Below, one piece after another: positions 15,651-28,303 of a stretch of 64,000 nucleotides of DNA (position 1 is its first letter; each line of letters begins with the position of its first letter). This DNA comes from Tubiluchus corallicola (Eukaryota; Animalia; Priapulida). The stretch covers positions 11,891 to 75,890 of the forward strand of contig JAQGDQ010000960.1 of the NCBI GenBank assembly GCA_030141605.1, written 5' to 3'. A model generated the notes under the pieces. It did not search any database, was not told the DNA's origin, and saw only the letters and a list, made by a program, of their open reading frames with translations. A program made the position numbers and the translations under genes.

Positions 15651-16929
15651 TTGTTATTAATAGCACCCGTGAAATGCCTTCTATATTAGGCCTGCGTCAC
15701 ATAGAGAGAGAGAGAGCCTTAAAGAGCAAGCCATAAACCGTAATCCGTCTTCCATAAGGCGTATGTCGTATGTCGTAATCCACGGTAGGGTCCTTGCTCC
15801 GTGTAACTAGCAAAGCGTTTTGCCATAATTACGAAACAAACACTTAATATGTATACAAATTAATATGATGTGTTCTTAATTTCAAGTTGTCGGCTTGTAC
15901 ATAAGTCGGTGTTTCAACCACGACGGCGACTATAATGACAATGGCGACAGTGCTACACAAAACGAGATGGAACTCGAATTGATCTTGGAACACACTTCGC
16001 TATTTATATTGTTAAAAGACAAGAAAACGGATGCGTGAAATAGGTTTAAAAAATTTCTTTAAAATTATATTAGTTTACAACAAGTCAGCGAATTTTTCAA
16101 ACTAGTGAAACGCTAATTTATTATCATAACCTACGCAAAATATCTGAATAAGACTTTCATTTGAGGACGTAAATATAATTTAGCCAGAAGTGTTGAGAAC
16201 TACGCCAGTGTGGGATATCTCGACTTAAAGTGCCCTGTTTGCATGGATCTGCCCTTGCAAACTGGTTCTTGAATGTAAACGTAGTGTTAAATTTGCATCC
16301 TCATCAATTACCCATTTAATGGTCATTCAAGCCTATAGTATAGCTTGTATCCTGCCTAACTGTCTATATAATTAGCTGAATTAGCTTCCTTCATAGCTCT
16401 AGATAAATATATAATAATTTTTGCATGCCCAAACCCTAGCTAGGCAGGAGTAACATAGCGAAAACAATCGCTATGTTCCTCCTTTGCTCTTTATCAAGGA
16501 TGACCGTGGCCACAGCATAATATGAATGTCTAAAGACTTTTTGTATTAGACTTAACCTATACATTTAATGTAATCATGTCATACTGTAATTTCTTTTCTC
16601 TTTACTAAAACGTAGCTTTTATATAATAGACCAGTAAACATTTATTTACTAAAAATGTACTAATCACTTTTGTTTCATCGTCATTGTCAATATTATTATT
16701 GTAAAAATGTAATATTCATCAATAATTATGCGCATATTTTAATTACTTGATCTTGTTTCCGATATAAAAGTAAAAGCACATATATTGCAACAAATTAAAC
16801 TCAATTCAGTATTTGTTTGCATCGAACATGCGAAAGTAATTGAATTCGCGGCTTTCAGAGATTCAAACTTTTTAAAAAAACCTAAAAAGTTAAAATCATG
16901 CATCATGGTATGATATATGCTATGACCAT

Positions 16930-17222
16930 TCCACAAACATAATTTACTTGTCTGTTAAAACTGTTAAAACGAAAGAAATATATGACATGTATTGTCTTCA
17001 TTTCATGTATCAGTATCATAATTCAGTTCTTCCACCAGCTTTTCAGTCATACTTTAGTCCAGTTTAAAATCAACACGATCATTACACAAGATATTTAGTC
17101 GGAAACTATGTACACCCTCTTCCAAAAACAAATATAATGAAACAGTCATCAAGATATAATGCTACTAAAATATGGTCGTCAATTCCGTGTGAAATGAAAA
17201 CTCTTAGTCTTTATCGATTTAA
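16930..17222 (+). mobile_element. L2/Crack-like LINE 3' coding fragment
   Basis: ...RYNATKIWSSIPCEMKTLSLYRFKNASKNYLL, a typical ORF2 C-terminus. Confidence 0.65.
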
Positions 17223-17289
17223 AAACGCATCAAAGAATTACTTACTACAAAGGTATAATTAACTCACAATTTTACTCATCCAGATCTTT

Positions 17290-17917
17290 TTAAAGCACAA
17301 GCACCCTCCACTTACATAAAGCTTAAAAAATTCGTCTCGAAATTTTATACCACTTACGTACTGTCTTTTTGCACGCAGGGCTTGCATCTGCAGCAACGAT
17401 GTATAAAACGTGTAAATTTAAACTCCCGTGATGACCGTTTGGCGCAGCCATTTTAATAGTAGATCGTTTGAAACAAGTTTTGATAACCTTAAGTAAAGTT
17501 TGAAAAAATGATCAGAGCATTCGTAACATACATGTCGCTAATCAAGTAAAATTTTAAATTACTGTATCTTGTCAATAAGATTAAGAATACGTTTTTCGCT
17601 AGTGAGTGGTGCACCCTGGAGGCGAGTCAACGATATTTTACCAATTGGAAGTCTTTCCAGCAGGTAAGTGAAATGCTAAGTAATAGATTTGCATGAAAAG
17701 TTTTTTGGCTCATAATTCAACATTTCATTTTCTTTCCTTGATTATATATGCAATGGCGCAGTCGGAACAGTATTGTGGGAGATTTAAAATGAAAACAAAC
17801 AAAAATCCTTACAACAACGCAAATACGATACACGCATAAAATTGCTGTAAACTAGTATAATTTTTTAAGTCGATTTTTCTGAAACCTACTTCAGGTGCCG
17901 CTTTTCTTGTCCTTTAA
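17290..17917 (+). mobile_element. MITE family A, full copy
   Basis: TTAA|AGCACAAG...TTTTCTTGTCCT|TTAA. Confidence 0.88.
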
Positions 17918-18399
17918 GTTACTAACAAAACTTATTTTGTTCTAATGTACTTTATAACTGATGAAAATACTATGTAATGTTAATTGTCAATTGTTCCTCT
18001 TGTCTGGAGGAGGACTCGAAAGCATAATGCTCCTTCCTCCTCCTCACAGTGATTCGTTTATTTTATTTTATTATGTAATAACAATTTCTAAGTATGTTTA
18101 TGTGTTGCTGTGGAATAAATTCATAATTCATAACATTAAAAACATTCAATTCACCGTTTGTGTTTCCAGTACTAAAAATTTTTAAAAGCGTTTTCGACAA
18201 CAAGCATAATGATATTAAATTGATACCCATTGCCTGATTATGTAATAACTATACCATGATTATGACGGGTTTTTAAATTGTCCATTTTTGCATGAAAGCC
18301 ACATTAGCCACTAATTGGTGAATTCTGTGTTTGAAGATTGGATAAAGTTTTTCCCTTAGAATGCTCACCCATGTAAATTTAATGTGAGCACGAGCATGC

Positions 18400-19027
18400 T
18401 TAAATGAAGACAGGATGATTTTTCATATACCCCATTTTCAAGTCCGATAGAAAGTATGCGTTTTAACATAATTAATACTGCAAAAGCGTTTCTGGTAATT
18501 AAGTAATAGATTGAAAACATAATTAACGGCGGGGTCGAACCCAACTGTTGATGACATCACAAACTAACATTGTTTTCAGTAGCAAAAATATTCTACAAGC
18601 GTGTTGTACGTGTTTGCGAAAGCGAAAATTGAAGTACAGTGCTACTGTAAGATATTCAGTTCGTTGTACTAAAACTAAGCAAGTTTCAAGATAAAAATTC
18701 AGATTTAAAATTTACCGCTGTGCTCACGCATGAGCTGTCGAACGTGTGCAGTTCGTCACAAACTAACACATTTGAACTGAAAAGTATAGCACCTGTTTTT
18801 GTGCAATGCGTTTTCGAAATTCAGGCGCTAGTACCCGTCTAACTAGCGAATAGCGAAATGCATGTAACAGCGACGAACTAGTGGCGCGAAAGTGAATTTG
18901 TGTTTGCGTGGTAATAATTCTTTCACGTAAGACATTTTTGAAAAAAAAATAGTATGTTTCCTTTCAATATTTTAAAGATCAAATTGTTTTGACCTACAGT
19001 TTAAGCTTGAGTATGGTTTTCCTTTAA
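18400..19027 (-). mobile_element. MITE family B (TTAA TSD), copy upstream of the Dscam promoter
   Basis: GAAGACAGGATGATTTTTC...GGTTTTCCT|TTAA; homologous to the other B copies. Confidence 0.88.
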
Positions 19028-19504
19028 ATATCTTAGCTTATATTCTACATTCAACAAATCTCTTGACTTTTACATTCAGTACGATGATTAATCGACTTTC
19101 CGCTTATCAATACGTAGCGCTGGCTTCCCTGTACGATCACTGCACACACGCAGAGAGAGAGAGAGACGACCCGCATACCTCACAACTGCTGCAGCTTCAC
19201 TGTTATCTCGCCGAAAGATGCAGAACAGCGTGGATAATGCTGACTGATGATGCTGACGACAGTTCAGTGTGAAGCCATGCGCGCTGTGACTTTCGCGTGG
19301 CATTGTTCGCTAGCAATGGCCATGGCAGCGATAATTACGCTTTGAGTCAAGAATCGTCAGGCAGAAAAGAAGCTTTGAGCAGATTTCGATGAAACGCAAT
19401 TATCATAAGATTCGTTAGAAAGATCATGGTGACGTTACTGCCTTCCTGGAGTAATTTCCTGGAGTAACTTCTTCGCGGTATGAAATGAGGAAGCCCGTCG
19501 AAGG
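19028..19504 (+). promoter_or_regulatory. Putative Dscam promoter and 5' UTR
   Basis: GC/CpG-richer unique segment immediately 5' of the signal exon. It has a (GA)n tract at ~19152-19166, TCAGT initiator-like motifs at ~19076 and ~19264, and several upstream ATGs. The TSS is inferred, not observed. Confidence 0.55.
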
Positions 19505-19550
19505 ATGGAAGCAACTGGTGTAATTCTTCCTCTCTTCTTTGCCATTTTAC
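19505..19550 (+). CDS. Dscam: Dscam coding exon 1, signal peptide (MEATGVILPLFFAIL+C)
   Basis: ATG in strong context (aggATGg), a hydrophobic 15-codon run and a consensus donor C|GTAAGT in phase 1. It joins the phase-1 acceptor at 38053 to give MEATGVILPLFFAILHISSS-NNDRRGP. Vertebrate DSCAM also has a short phase-1 signal exon. Confidence 0.8.
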
Positions 19551-19630
19551 GTAAGTACATTACACTTAGTGTTGTAAGGTAATCAGTCACGGAAGAATAG
19601 AACCACCAGTATTAGTTCAGTGTTATGAAC

Positions 19631-20243
19631 TTAAAGGAAGACAGGATGATTTTCCAGTTACTACCCAATTTTCAAGTCCGATAAAAAGTATCCATTTTAA
19701 CACACTTAATACTGCAAAAACGTTTCTGGTAATTAAATAATAGATTAAAAAGTTCATTAACGACAGACGAGCCCAACTATTGATGACACCGCAAATTAAC
19801 GTAATTTTCAACAGCAAAAATATTCCACGAACATGTTGCACGTGTTTGTGAAAGAGAAAATTGAAGTACAGTGCTACTGTAAGATATTCAGTGTGTTGTA
19901 CTAAAACTCGGCAGGTTTTAATATAAAAATTTAAATTTAAAATCACTCATGAGCGGTCGAACGTGTGCAGTATGTCACAAACTAACACATATGAACTGTG
20001 AGATACCCCACCTGCTTTTTGTGCAATGCGTTTCCGAAATGCAGGCGCAGGTGCCCGTTTAACGATGAATGTTGAATATCGAATGATGAAATGTACGTAA
20101 CAGCGAAGAACTAGTGGCGCGAACGTGAAATTATGTTTCTGTGACAATAATTATTTCATGTAAGTCTTTTGTTTTCGTTCAATGTTTTAAACAGTAGATT
20201 GTTTTGACCTACATGTTTATGATTGGGCCCGGTTTTGCTTTAA
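19631..20243 (-). mobile_element. MITE family B, copy 80 nt into intron 1
   Basis: TTAA|AGGAAGACAGG...CCGGTTTTGCT|TTAA. Confidence 0.9.
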
Positions 20244-20977
20244 AACTATTTAGGACTGACTATAGTGACGTGTTGTTATTTACATTCAATAATTAACAAT
20301 TAATGTTAACTAAAGTTCTCACTGGATTAATCTCTTGGCAATTTTTTATCCATTCTATTTCATTTACGTCTGCAAAATATTCTCATATCTGTAGCTTTTC
20401 TACATTATGCCAGACGAACACGACGTAGCAGAATATTATACACATTTATCATTAGCCTAACAGGAATATATACATACATATATATATACAATATACTATA
20501 CGTTATATACTATATACATATGTAAATTTAGTAAATTTATTGACTTCCAAAATACAATACACGGGGTAAAGCATAACATGTGTATAGAAATATTCTAAAT
20601 GCTAGACATAAGTATCTTCCTGTATTATCGATAAAAACACAATTCTCTAATCAGAGCTTCATGGGTAAAGACTCTTATTCAAAATTTATTCTTTGCTTTT
20701 TTCTCGGGTATGTCTGCGCCATGCATTATCTAGCAGTGAAGCGCCACCTGTTTTTAGATGTTTGCCGTGATTTATTCTGCCGTTGACAGACGAAAACAAT
20801 GAATAGGAACTGAACTAAATTCTTTTAGCGAAGGAATTTAGGAATTTATTCGTTTTTCGCTACCGAGGAAACAATTTTGCTAAAAACAAGCAAACATTTT
20901 TCAAGGGAAAATTTGCGTCGTGCAGCAATAAGTCTTTTCACTGTTTTGTTGTGCGCACGCGTAGTTGCTGTAGCTCA

Positions 20978-21802
20978 AAGTTTCGGTAAGCATTTTGAGT
21001 GCAGTTTCGGTAAACATTTTTTGTCAAATTTTGGTAAGCATTTTGTGTCAATTTTTGGTAAGCATTTTGTGTCAAGTTTCGGTAAGTATTTTGTACGAAG
21101 TTTCGGTAAACATTTTGTGTCAAATTTCGGTAAGCATTTTTTGTGAAGTTCTGTAGACATTTTGTGTCAAGTTTCGGTAAGCATTTTTTGTGAAGTTCTG
21201 TAGACATTTTGTGTCAAGTTTCGGTAAGCATTTTGTGTGGAGTTTCAGTAAGCATTTTGTGTGAAGTTTCAGTAAGCATTTTGTGTCAGGTTTCGGTAAG
21301 CATTTTGTGTGAAGTTTCGGTAAGCATTTTGTGTCAAATTTCGGTAAGCATTTTGTGTCAAATTTTGGTAAGCATTTTGTGTCAAATTTCGGTAAACATT
21401 TTGTGTGAAGTTTCGGTAAGCATTTTGTGTCAAATTTCAGTAAGCATTTTGTGTCAAATTTTGGCAAGCATTTTGTGTCAAATTTTGGCAAGCATTTTGT
21501 GTCAAATTTTGGTAAGCATTTTGTGTCAAATTTTGGCAAGCATTTTGTGTCAAATTTTGGCAAGAATTTTGTGTCAAATTTTGGCAAGCATTTTGTGTCA
21601 AATTTTGGTAAGCATTTTGTGTCAAGTTTAGGTAAGCATTTTGTTTCAAATTTCGGTGAGCATTTTGTACGAAGTTTCGGTAAGCATTTTGTGTGAAGTT
21701 TCGGTAAGCATTTTGGGTCAGGTTTTGGTAAGCATTTTATGTCAGGTTTCGGTAAGCATTTTATGTCAGGTTTCGGTAAACATTTTGTGTCAGGTTTCGG
21801 TA
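20978..21802. repeat. 24-bp minisatellite (AATTTCGGTAAGCATTTTGTGTCA), ~34 copies
   Basis: 8-aa periodic ORFs in all frames (KFDTKCLP). It is preceded at ~20929-20980 by a terminal fragment of MITE family D. Confidence 0.97.
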
Positions 21803-22232
21803 ATTACGATAAAGCATCAGTCGGCTAAAGCATGCAGTAGTTTTATAGGTCAGCTGAGCTTCGAAAGCCGTCACACACCGAATTCTTTTCCTGTCGTTTT
21901 ACATTAAGTTGATTAATGAACGGGTTTTTCCCTGCAAACACACACATTATGACGTTCGCGTGTTTGCAGCTGCCGTGTGATAATTAACAGCGTTAGCGCA
22001 ATAAAACATTCGACTGCTTAGGATGATGTATGATGATGCATAATTTAAAATTATCGACATTATGCTGTATATGCTCAGTACAGGCTGTGTGATTTAGTTG
22101 GTTTGAATGAGAACTTGGTCTAGGTACCCGTAATTATTGTTATAAAGCTTTTTTCACAAGTTCTTCAAACTAGCTGTTAAAGAATTGAATTATCCATATT
22201 TGGCAAATAAGTGTAACAGCATCAAAATGGTT

Positions 22233-22680
22233 TTTATTGCCGACCGGTCTCGAACAAAACTTTTCCTAATCAAGGCTTCTGAAATAAAGAAATTTACCAG
22301 AATATACAAACAACATTGAAATACAATTCGGTAATTAGATAGCCAAAAGAGATGTGAAATAAGATTATATAGATAATTTAGCAATTTACCTTACAGATTA
22401 CATATTTTGATTGGTAGTAACAAAATGGCAGCTTCCTAATGTTGACAGTTCTGTTACTACTAACATAATTGTTTGTTTGTTTGTTTGTTTGTAGGGTGTT
22501 ACATACCAATCAAGATATGTAATCTGTAAGGTCAATTGTTAAAATATCTATGTAATCTATATATCTTTTGCCTATCTAACTACTGAATTGTATTTCGATG
22601 TTGTTTGTAAATTCTGGTAAATTTCTTTGTTTTAGATGCCTTGATAATGAAAAGTTTGTTCAAAACCAGTCGGCAATAAA
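22233..22680. mobile_element. ~190-bp inverted repeat, probable Penelope-like element terminal-repeat remnant
   Basis: Arms 22233-22422 and 22497-22680 are reverse complements. Each ends in a hammerhead-like motif followed by AATAAA. Confidence 0.7.
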
Positions 22681-22762
22681 TTCCACTTTTACTGTTAATA
22701 AATTTTACTGTTAAAGATTTTGTAACTAATGAAACAGCGAAGTAGCTTCCACTGCATTCATT

Positions 22763-23246
22763 CAGTGTTGGATTAAGGCATGTGCTTTATGGAGTGCAGT
22801 ACAGGGGCCTCCGGCAGCTGAAGGGCCTCCAGAGATTAAGTGAAATTAATTTACTGTGAAAAGTTGTTAAAGAATTAGTGTACGACTATGCTGAATTATG
22901 TCTTTAAGAAGAGTTCAATTAATTCATATGCTATATAATTATACATTGGAATTGTTTTCTCGTTCATTGGTACTGCCACAACAGTAATTTATTTATTGTA
23001 ATTTGTACATGTTATATTTAATATTTCAAAAACTTGTTTTAATTTTGTAAATATTAGAAAATCTCTTCTATTTTTCTTGTGTTAGACTTACTCCCATCAC
23101 TGTGGGCCTAATGTTGGCATTATGTTGTAGAAGTTGAATAAACTGATTTGAAGATTTCAACACACACGCTTTTGCTAATGTCACTGGTGGCCGGGGCCTC
23201 ACAGTTGTTGTAGTCCAGGAGCGCACAAAATAAAAATCTGGCCTTG
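22763..23246. mobile_element. hAT-like MITE
   Basis: Degenerate TIRs CAGTGTTGGATT / AATCTGGCCTTG. Flanking 8-mers cattcatt / tattcatt match at 7 of 8 positions. Confidence 0.6.
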
Positions 23247-23249
23247 TAT

Positions 23250-23530
23250 TCATTACAAAACAAAGTTACTTGACATGTGTGTAAAGCAAAGCCTTCTGCC
23301 GCATCAATTCAGTAACGTCACTTGCTTTACGCGAACTTTACTTAATTATGTGTTAGTCTGTACGTAGAGTGATTTACTAGCAGGATTTTGCTTGGAAACA
23401 AGAAAAAATGAACTAGGTAAGGTTGTAGCTAGCTGTTAAAACTGTTAAAAAGCAGCATGGGCTGCGGGGCATTGTCAGCTGTATACAAATGCGTCGTCTG
23501 GTAGACTTTAACCTTTGACCTTTTCAGCGG
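23250..23530 (-). mobile_element. MITE family D, partial copy
   Basis: Homologous to the interior of 49128-49508. Confidence 0.8.
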
Positions 23531-24667
23531 CTGCCTACGCCATGACACCTACCCTATATGTTATTGGTCGTTTGTGTGGTCGCTTTCTTACTTTTATTGC
23601 TGGTGAAAGTCGCTAAATAGCCGTTAGTGCTAATGTTGTCTGTTAAACGGGGTGCCATTAAATAAATGCTGTCTTTGTTGTTTTGTCTTTGTTTTACTGT
23701 AACACGTAACGATGGTGATTATGAAAATAATGTTGATCGTGATGATGATGATGGTGGTGGCGATAATGATGTAAGTAGTGGTAGTACTGCTGTAACGTTG
23801 TAAAAAGGAATGCCAGCAAAGAGCAAATACGGACAGTAAATTTCATTAAAAAAGTTATATGAGCTTTAGAACTAGAACGTAATTGTTTTGATTTTTTGAC
23901 AGGAATGAGACAGGTATGAGTAACATACAAACATATGTTACTCTCACTTAATTGTATATATTCACGGTGCTTACTAATCTTATTAAGTAATGTTATTTTA
24001 ATTGTTGAGCTCTTTTATGTGATTGTACCACGAGTACGAATAAAAAATGATATATATATATAAACCTACCGCGAATTATGGCTGACGGTTTACGGATTAT
24101 TATTACGGCAAATGAATTATCTATGTGACATGGACCATTGGTAAGCGTAAGCCTACGTCCATTTTTCATGAAACGGCTTTTTCTCTTCACGGCTTACGCC
24201 TTACGGATTATGTCCAGCTCCGTGTGACAAGGGCCTTATGGGTAAACGTTTTGTGATATGCAGTTCACATTACTTACCATAATGCCAGTTGTACATCAAC
24301 TTTACAAGTCTCATTCAAACAGCCTTGAGCATTTTTAGTTTCACACAGACAGTAGTCAGCTTTTCAACGTTGAGCAGAATTTAGGAGTTTCTGAATTTGT
24401 AGAATTTGCCGTGAAGCAAGTGAATTAGTCGAGTCGTTACTGTCCTGATGAAGTAGACGTAAGCCTAATTACACGAGTTTGTCGCCTAGCAAAACGCAGC
24501 CAGAATTCGAATTAAAGTCTAGAGTGGCATGTATGGAAAAAAGGCGTGCCAGTGAGAAGAGACAATTGTGTGGGATCGTGGTTTCCCTGTCAGGGTATCT
24601 CTTCTTAGTACTGACGCCATCAATAATTACAACAGTTTAGTTTAGATCCTTAGAACCTTAGTTTTGA

Positions 24668-25050
24668 TAAGCCTTTTTCACAGCGCCAGCGATTGATGAT
24701 GATCGTGAAAAGGTCAAAGGTTAAGTGCACCAGACAACGCATTTGTGTGCACTTGACAGCGCCTCGTACCCCATGCTATTGTAAATAGTAACAGTTTTAA
24801 CAGCTAGCTAGAGCTTTACCTAGTTCATTTTTTCTTATTCCAAAGCGAGATCCTGCTAGTAAATCATTCTACGCTCAGACTAATGAATAGATAAACAAAG
24901 TCCACGCACAAAAACTGAAGTTACTGAACTGATGCGGCAGACGTCTTTACTTTGCACACATCTCACGTGACGGTGTAGTTAAGACGTGTTGCGGTGGTCC
25001 ACTTAACTTTTGACCTACAGCAATTGCGCGTGCGCAGAACGAAAGGCTTA
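24668..25050 (+). mobile_element. MITE family D (TAAGCCTTTTCACAG TIR)
   Basis: taAGCCTTTTTCACAG...AAAGGCTta, with homologues at 30154, 32752 and 49128. Superfamily uncertain (TA or TWA target). Confidence 0.85.
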
Positions 25051-27875
25051 TTATAACATAAAAACTATGGGCAGGTCAATCTGTTTATTACATTCGTGAA
25101 TGTCACCCTCATAAATAAGTCATAAATGATATGGAGAGTGCATAGTGCGTGATTTTCATATTTTATCTGCTTGCATTTTCAGCAAAATGTCGTAGTAAAT
25201 TATTAGCAATTACAGCCTCAGATTGAACTGCTGGAAATAAACGTTCTGAAAGCCCTTGATTCGTTTCATTTATAGGAGTCCATTATGCAGTTTGAATTTG
25301 ATTTAGTTAATCGGCCCCACTTTTCTCTGTCTGATGCATGTTGCTGAATTTATTATTATTGATTTATTTTTTATTATTGATCTTAGTGCAAAAATTAATT
25401 AATTAAAGAAAGCTTCAAGCATTCATGCACTGGGGCTAATACGGCAAAAAATTGTGTGGTTCAAACTGTCTGACGCAAACCATCTATTTATTTATTTATT
25501 TATTCATAGTAATTTTTTACGATGGTGACTATTTCAGTGCAAATATATACAAGTTCCTATATACAAACAATGTTATATACAAACATTGCTATACACATAC
25601 GATACGATACGATACGGTTCGATACGATATGATATGATATCTTACAATATGATACAATACAAACAATTTTTTATATGTATATTGCATATATATTTTATGT
25701 ATATATAATATAAAAAATGTTTGTATTGTATTGTATATATATATATATATACCAATTTATATATATTATATGTGTTATATTTGCATTGTGAAAACATATT
25801 ATATATAAATTGGTATATACAAACAAGGCAAACATAATATATATAAATTGGTATATACAAACAAGGCAAACATAATATATATAAATTGTTATATACATAC
25901 AATGTTTGTCTAGTTTGTATGTATTTACGAAATAAAAAATAAAGAATTATCAGTATCACCCTCAGTGCTTAGCACTGCTTTCCAAGGAAGCCCTCTGTCA
26001 TTTACAAAAATATACATACAGATCTGTACATTTCTTTCCTGTAGTTTCATTATTACAAGACCTGTGTTTATGATTCTGTAACAGAATAAAATGTGATTAT
26101 CAAGTCACTATAGCATATAAAGACACTTAAAATAAAGTTAATTACAAAATAAGTAAAGAACGAGACATAGAACTGTAACTTATGTCTGATATTAGGCTAT
26201 TCGGTACAAGAATAGCAAATCTTTTGAAAGAATGTAAAGATGCTGGGAATTTCATGTAATTTGGAAGAATATTCCAAAGCATACCTCCTTCGTAATAAAA
26301 CGTTTACTTCTCATGCTCACTCAAAATTTGGAAATGCGTGACAGTTTTTGAATGAAGGAACTTGTGCAACGTGCAACACCGTAAACATTTACTAGACGAC
26401 AAGTGATAAAGCGATTCCTGGTCTGACCTGTGAGGATCAAATTGTTGTGTCGAGCCCGCACACGGGAGGAGGATGTTTGTCATAATAAAAGCCTGTGTGC
26501 GACAAAGATGGAAAAAAGCGCTACCGAACGCGCACACGAGCAAAAATCAGTGTCAGACAAGTTGTTGAAGATTTGTCTCGTATGCGTGGGTGTAACTGTG
26601 CACACGCACAAGTGCAACACATTTCACGCGCTTATCAAATATCTTACAATGATGCACGAACGCTTCACATGGTATCCATTAGCTTTGCGTAAAGTTATTG
26701 ATGTGAACTTCAAATTTATTAGACGCTTGAGATGTTTTTACGTTGTTTTCTACAGGAAAAGCATTGCCGTAATAATGCAACAATTTGACCAACAGTCCCA
26801 CCACCACCATTAAATTTTCGAGTGTTCAAACTATGGCATACACAGAACACTATTATTGGATCAGCTCTGTTATTATCAACACATAACTCAAGAATTACAC
26901 GCCAACAACCATAGATAACTAATAGGATGATGTACATTGATAATTGTTTCTGGTATCACTTCTGCACTCTGTGAGCTGTGTATATTTCAATTTTAAGTGT
27001 TAACTAATGAATTACTCGTGTTTTTGAACTAATTATGTATGTAACTATAATCTTGATAACCAGTTGTATATATCTGTTCTTAACAAGTTGTTGCACAGTG
27101 GAAAAACTCCGTATAGTAGTATTACTGCATGTCTATCCACTTAAAATAAAGTTTCTACATATATATTAGCATCGCCGTTAGCTTGTGTATTGTCATTTTT
27201 TGTCGTTTTTCAATTTAAGTATGTTTTGATTTTTCGAGGATTCATAAAATCGTTGTGAACTGTCTGATTCCATTCTACAATAAATAACTTTTAAACTGAC
27301 GTCTCGCCGAATTTTGTCTGATGAAGCTGAATAACGGCGGCAGATTACGCTTCTAATTAATAAGTTGTGACGTTTGTCTTAATTAGACAGCGTCCTTGCA
27401 TTTTATTAATTTTATCTTCTTGTTGCAACGCGAGTCCGTCGGGAAGTAAAACATTTGCAGTGAAAAACTTCATGAATAACCAATGCTTTTATGTCAATAA
27501 TAATCTGCTTGAATAAAGGAACGTTTGGCGTCGGTTATTGCTCTGTGCACGGCACAAATGTGTAGCGTGCATCTTCAAATATAACTTTACAGCAGACACC
27601 TGACAATATTGTCTGCAAATGTATACATCTCTGACGTATGCAGGATTGTAATCCGGAAAAATCATTAGAATTTGTATGCAGGAAAAATCCCGTGAGATTT
27701 TTTATTGAATAAATGTGTTGGGCGTATCGTAAAATGTAACATTTTAACATCGCAACAGGTATGCTTAGGAGTATTTGGGTTTAATTGTGCCTAGTGTGGG
27801 CGAACAGATAGCTAAGTGGGCATGATATGTTTTGCCGCCGAAGTCACGCAATGCTGGTTTTAGTTAGTAAATGGA

Positions 27876-28303
27876 CAGGAGCGTATCAAGAGTTTACAAC
27901 GCCCTAGGCTGATAGTTCTGTCCCGACCATTTCTATTGTGAATTTATGGTTGTTTATGTAATAATTAGGTTAAACAATTACTTGTGGTGTGTTGGAAACA
28001 CTATTAATCTAGTTTCTACGCAATCATTATTAGTTACATGTATTTGCTTAATGCTTATATTCAAGCAGGCTACACAACTGCTTGTTGCCTAACACCTTGC
28101 ACCTGTTCGTTATGTGAGTGACACTTATATAAAACCTGCGCTCAATAACAGCCTGTGGTGTGTTATAAAACGTGCCCTTTACATGAATGTGAAAGTATAC
28201 GCATTTTCAGAGAAGAATAAGATTTTTTTCTAAAATGTGACGCCGCTCAAACTTTTGGCACCCTATGCTATAGCCCTGTTAGCCTATTGATTAATACTCT
28301 CTG
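27876..28303 (-). mobile_element. MITE family C (hAT-like, CAGGGGCGTA TIR)
   Basis: Reverse complement of the copies at 40634, 44070 and 56983. Confidence 0.85.

Noticed and set aside
8628-21802. 20-bp and 24-bp arrays as CRISPR arrays or repeat proteins
   Set aside because: Both are pure tandem minisatellites without spacers, and the 24-bp array gives periodic ORFs in many frames.
24440-27350. CTGATGA motifs at ~24444 and ~27318 as hammerhead cores
   Set aside because: Neither has a correctly placed stem II followed by GAAA and a cleavage triplet.
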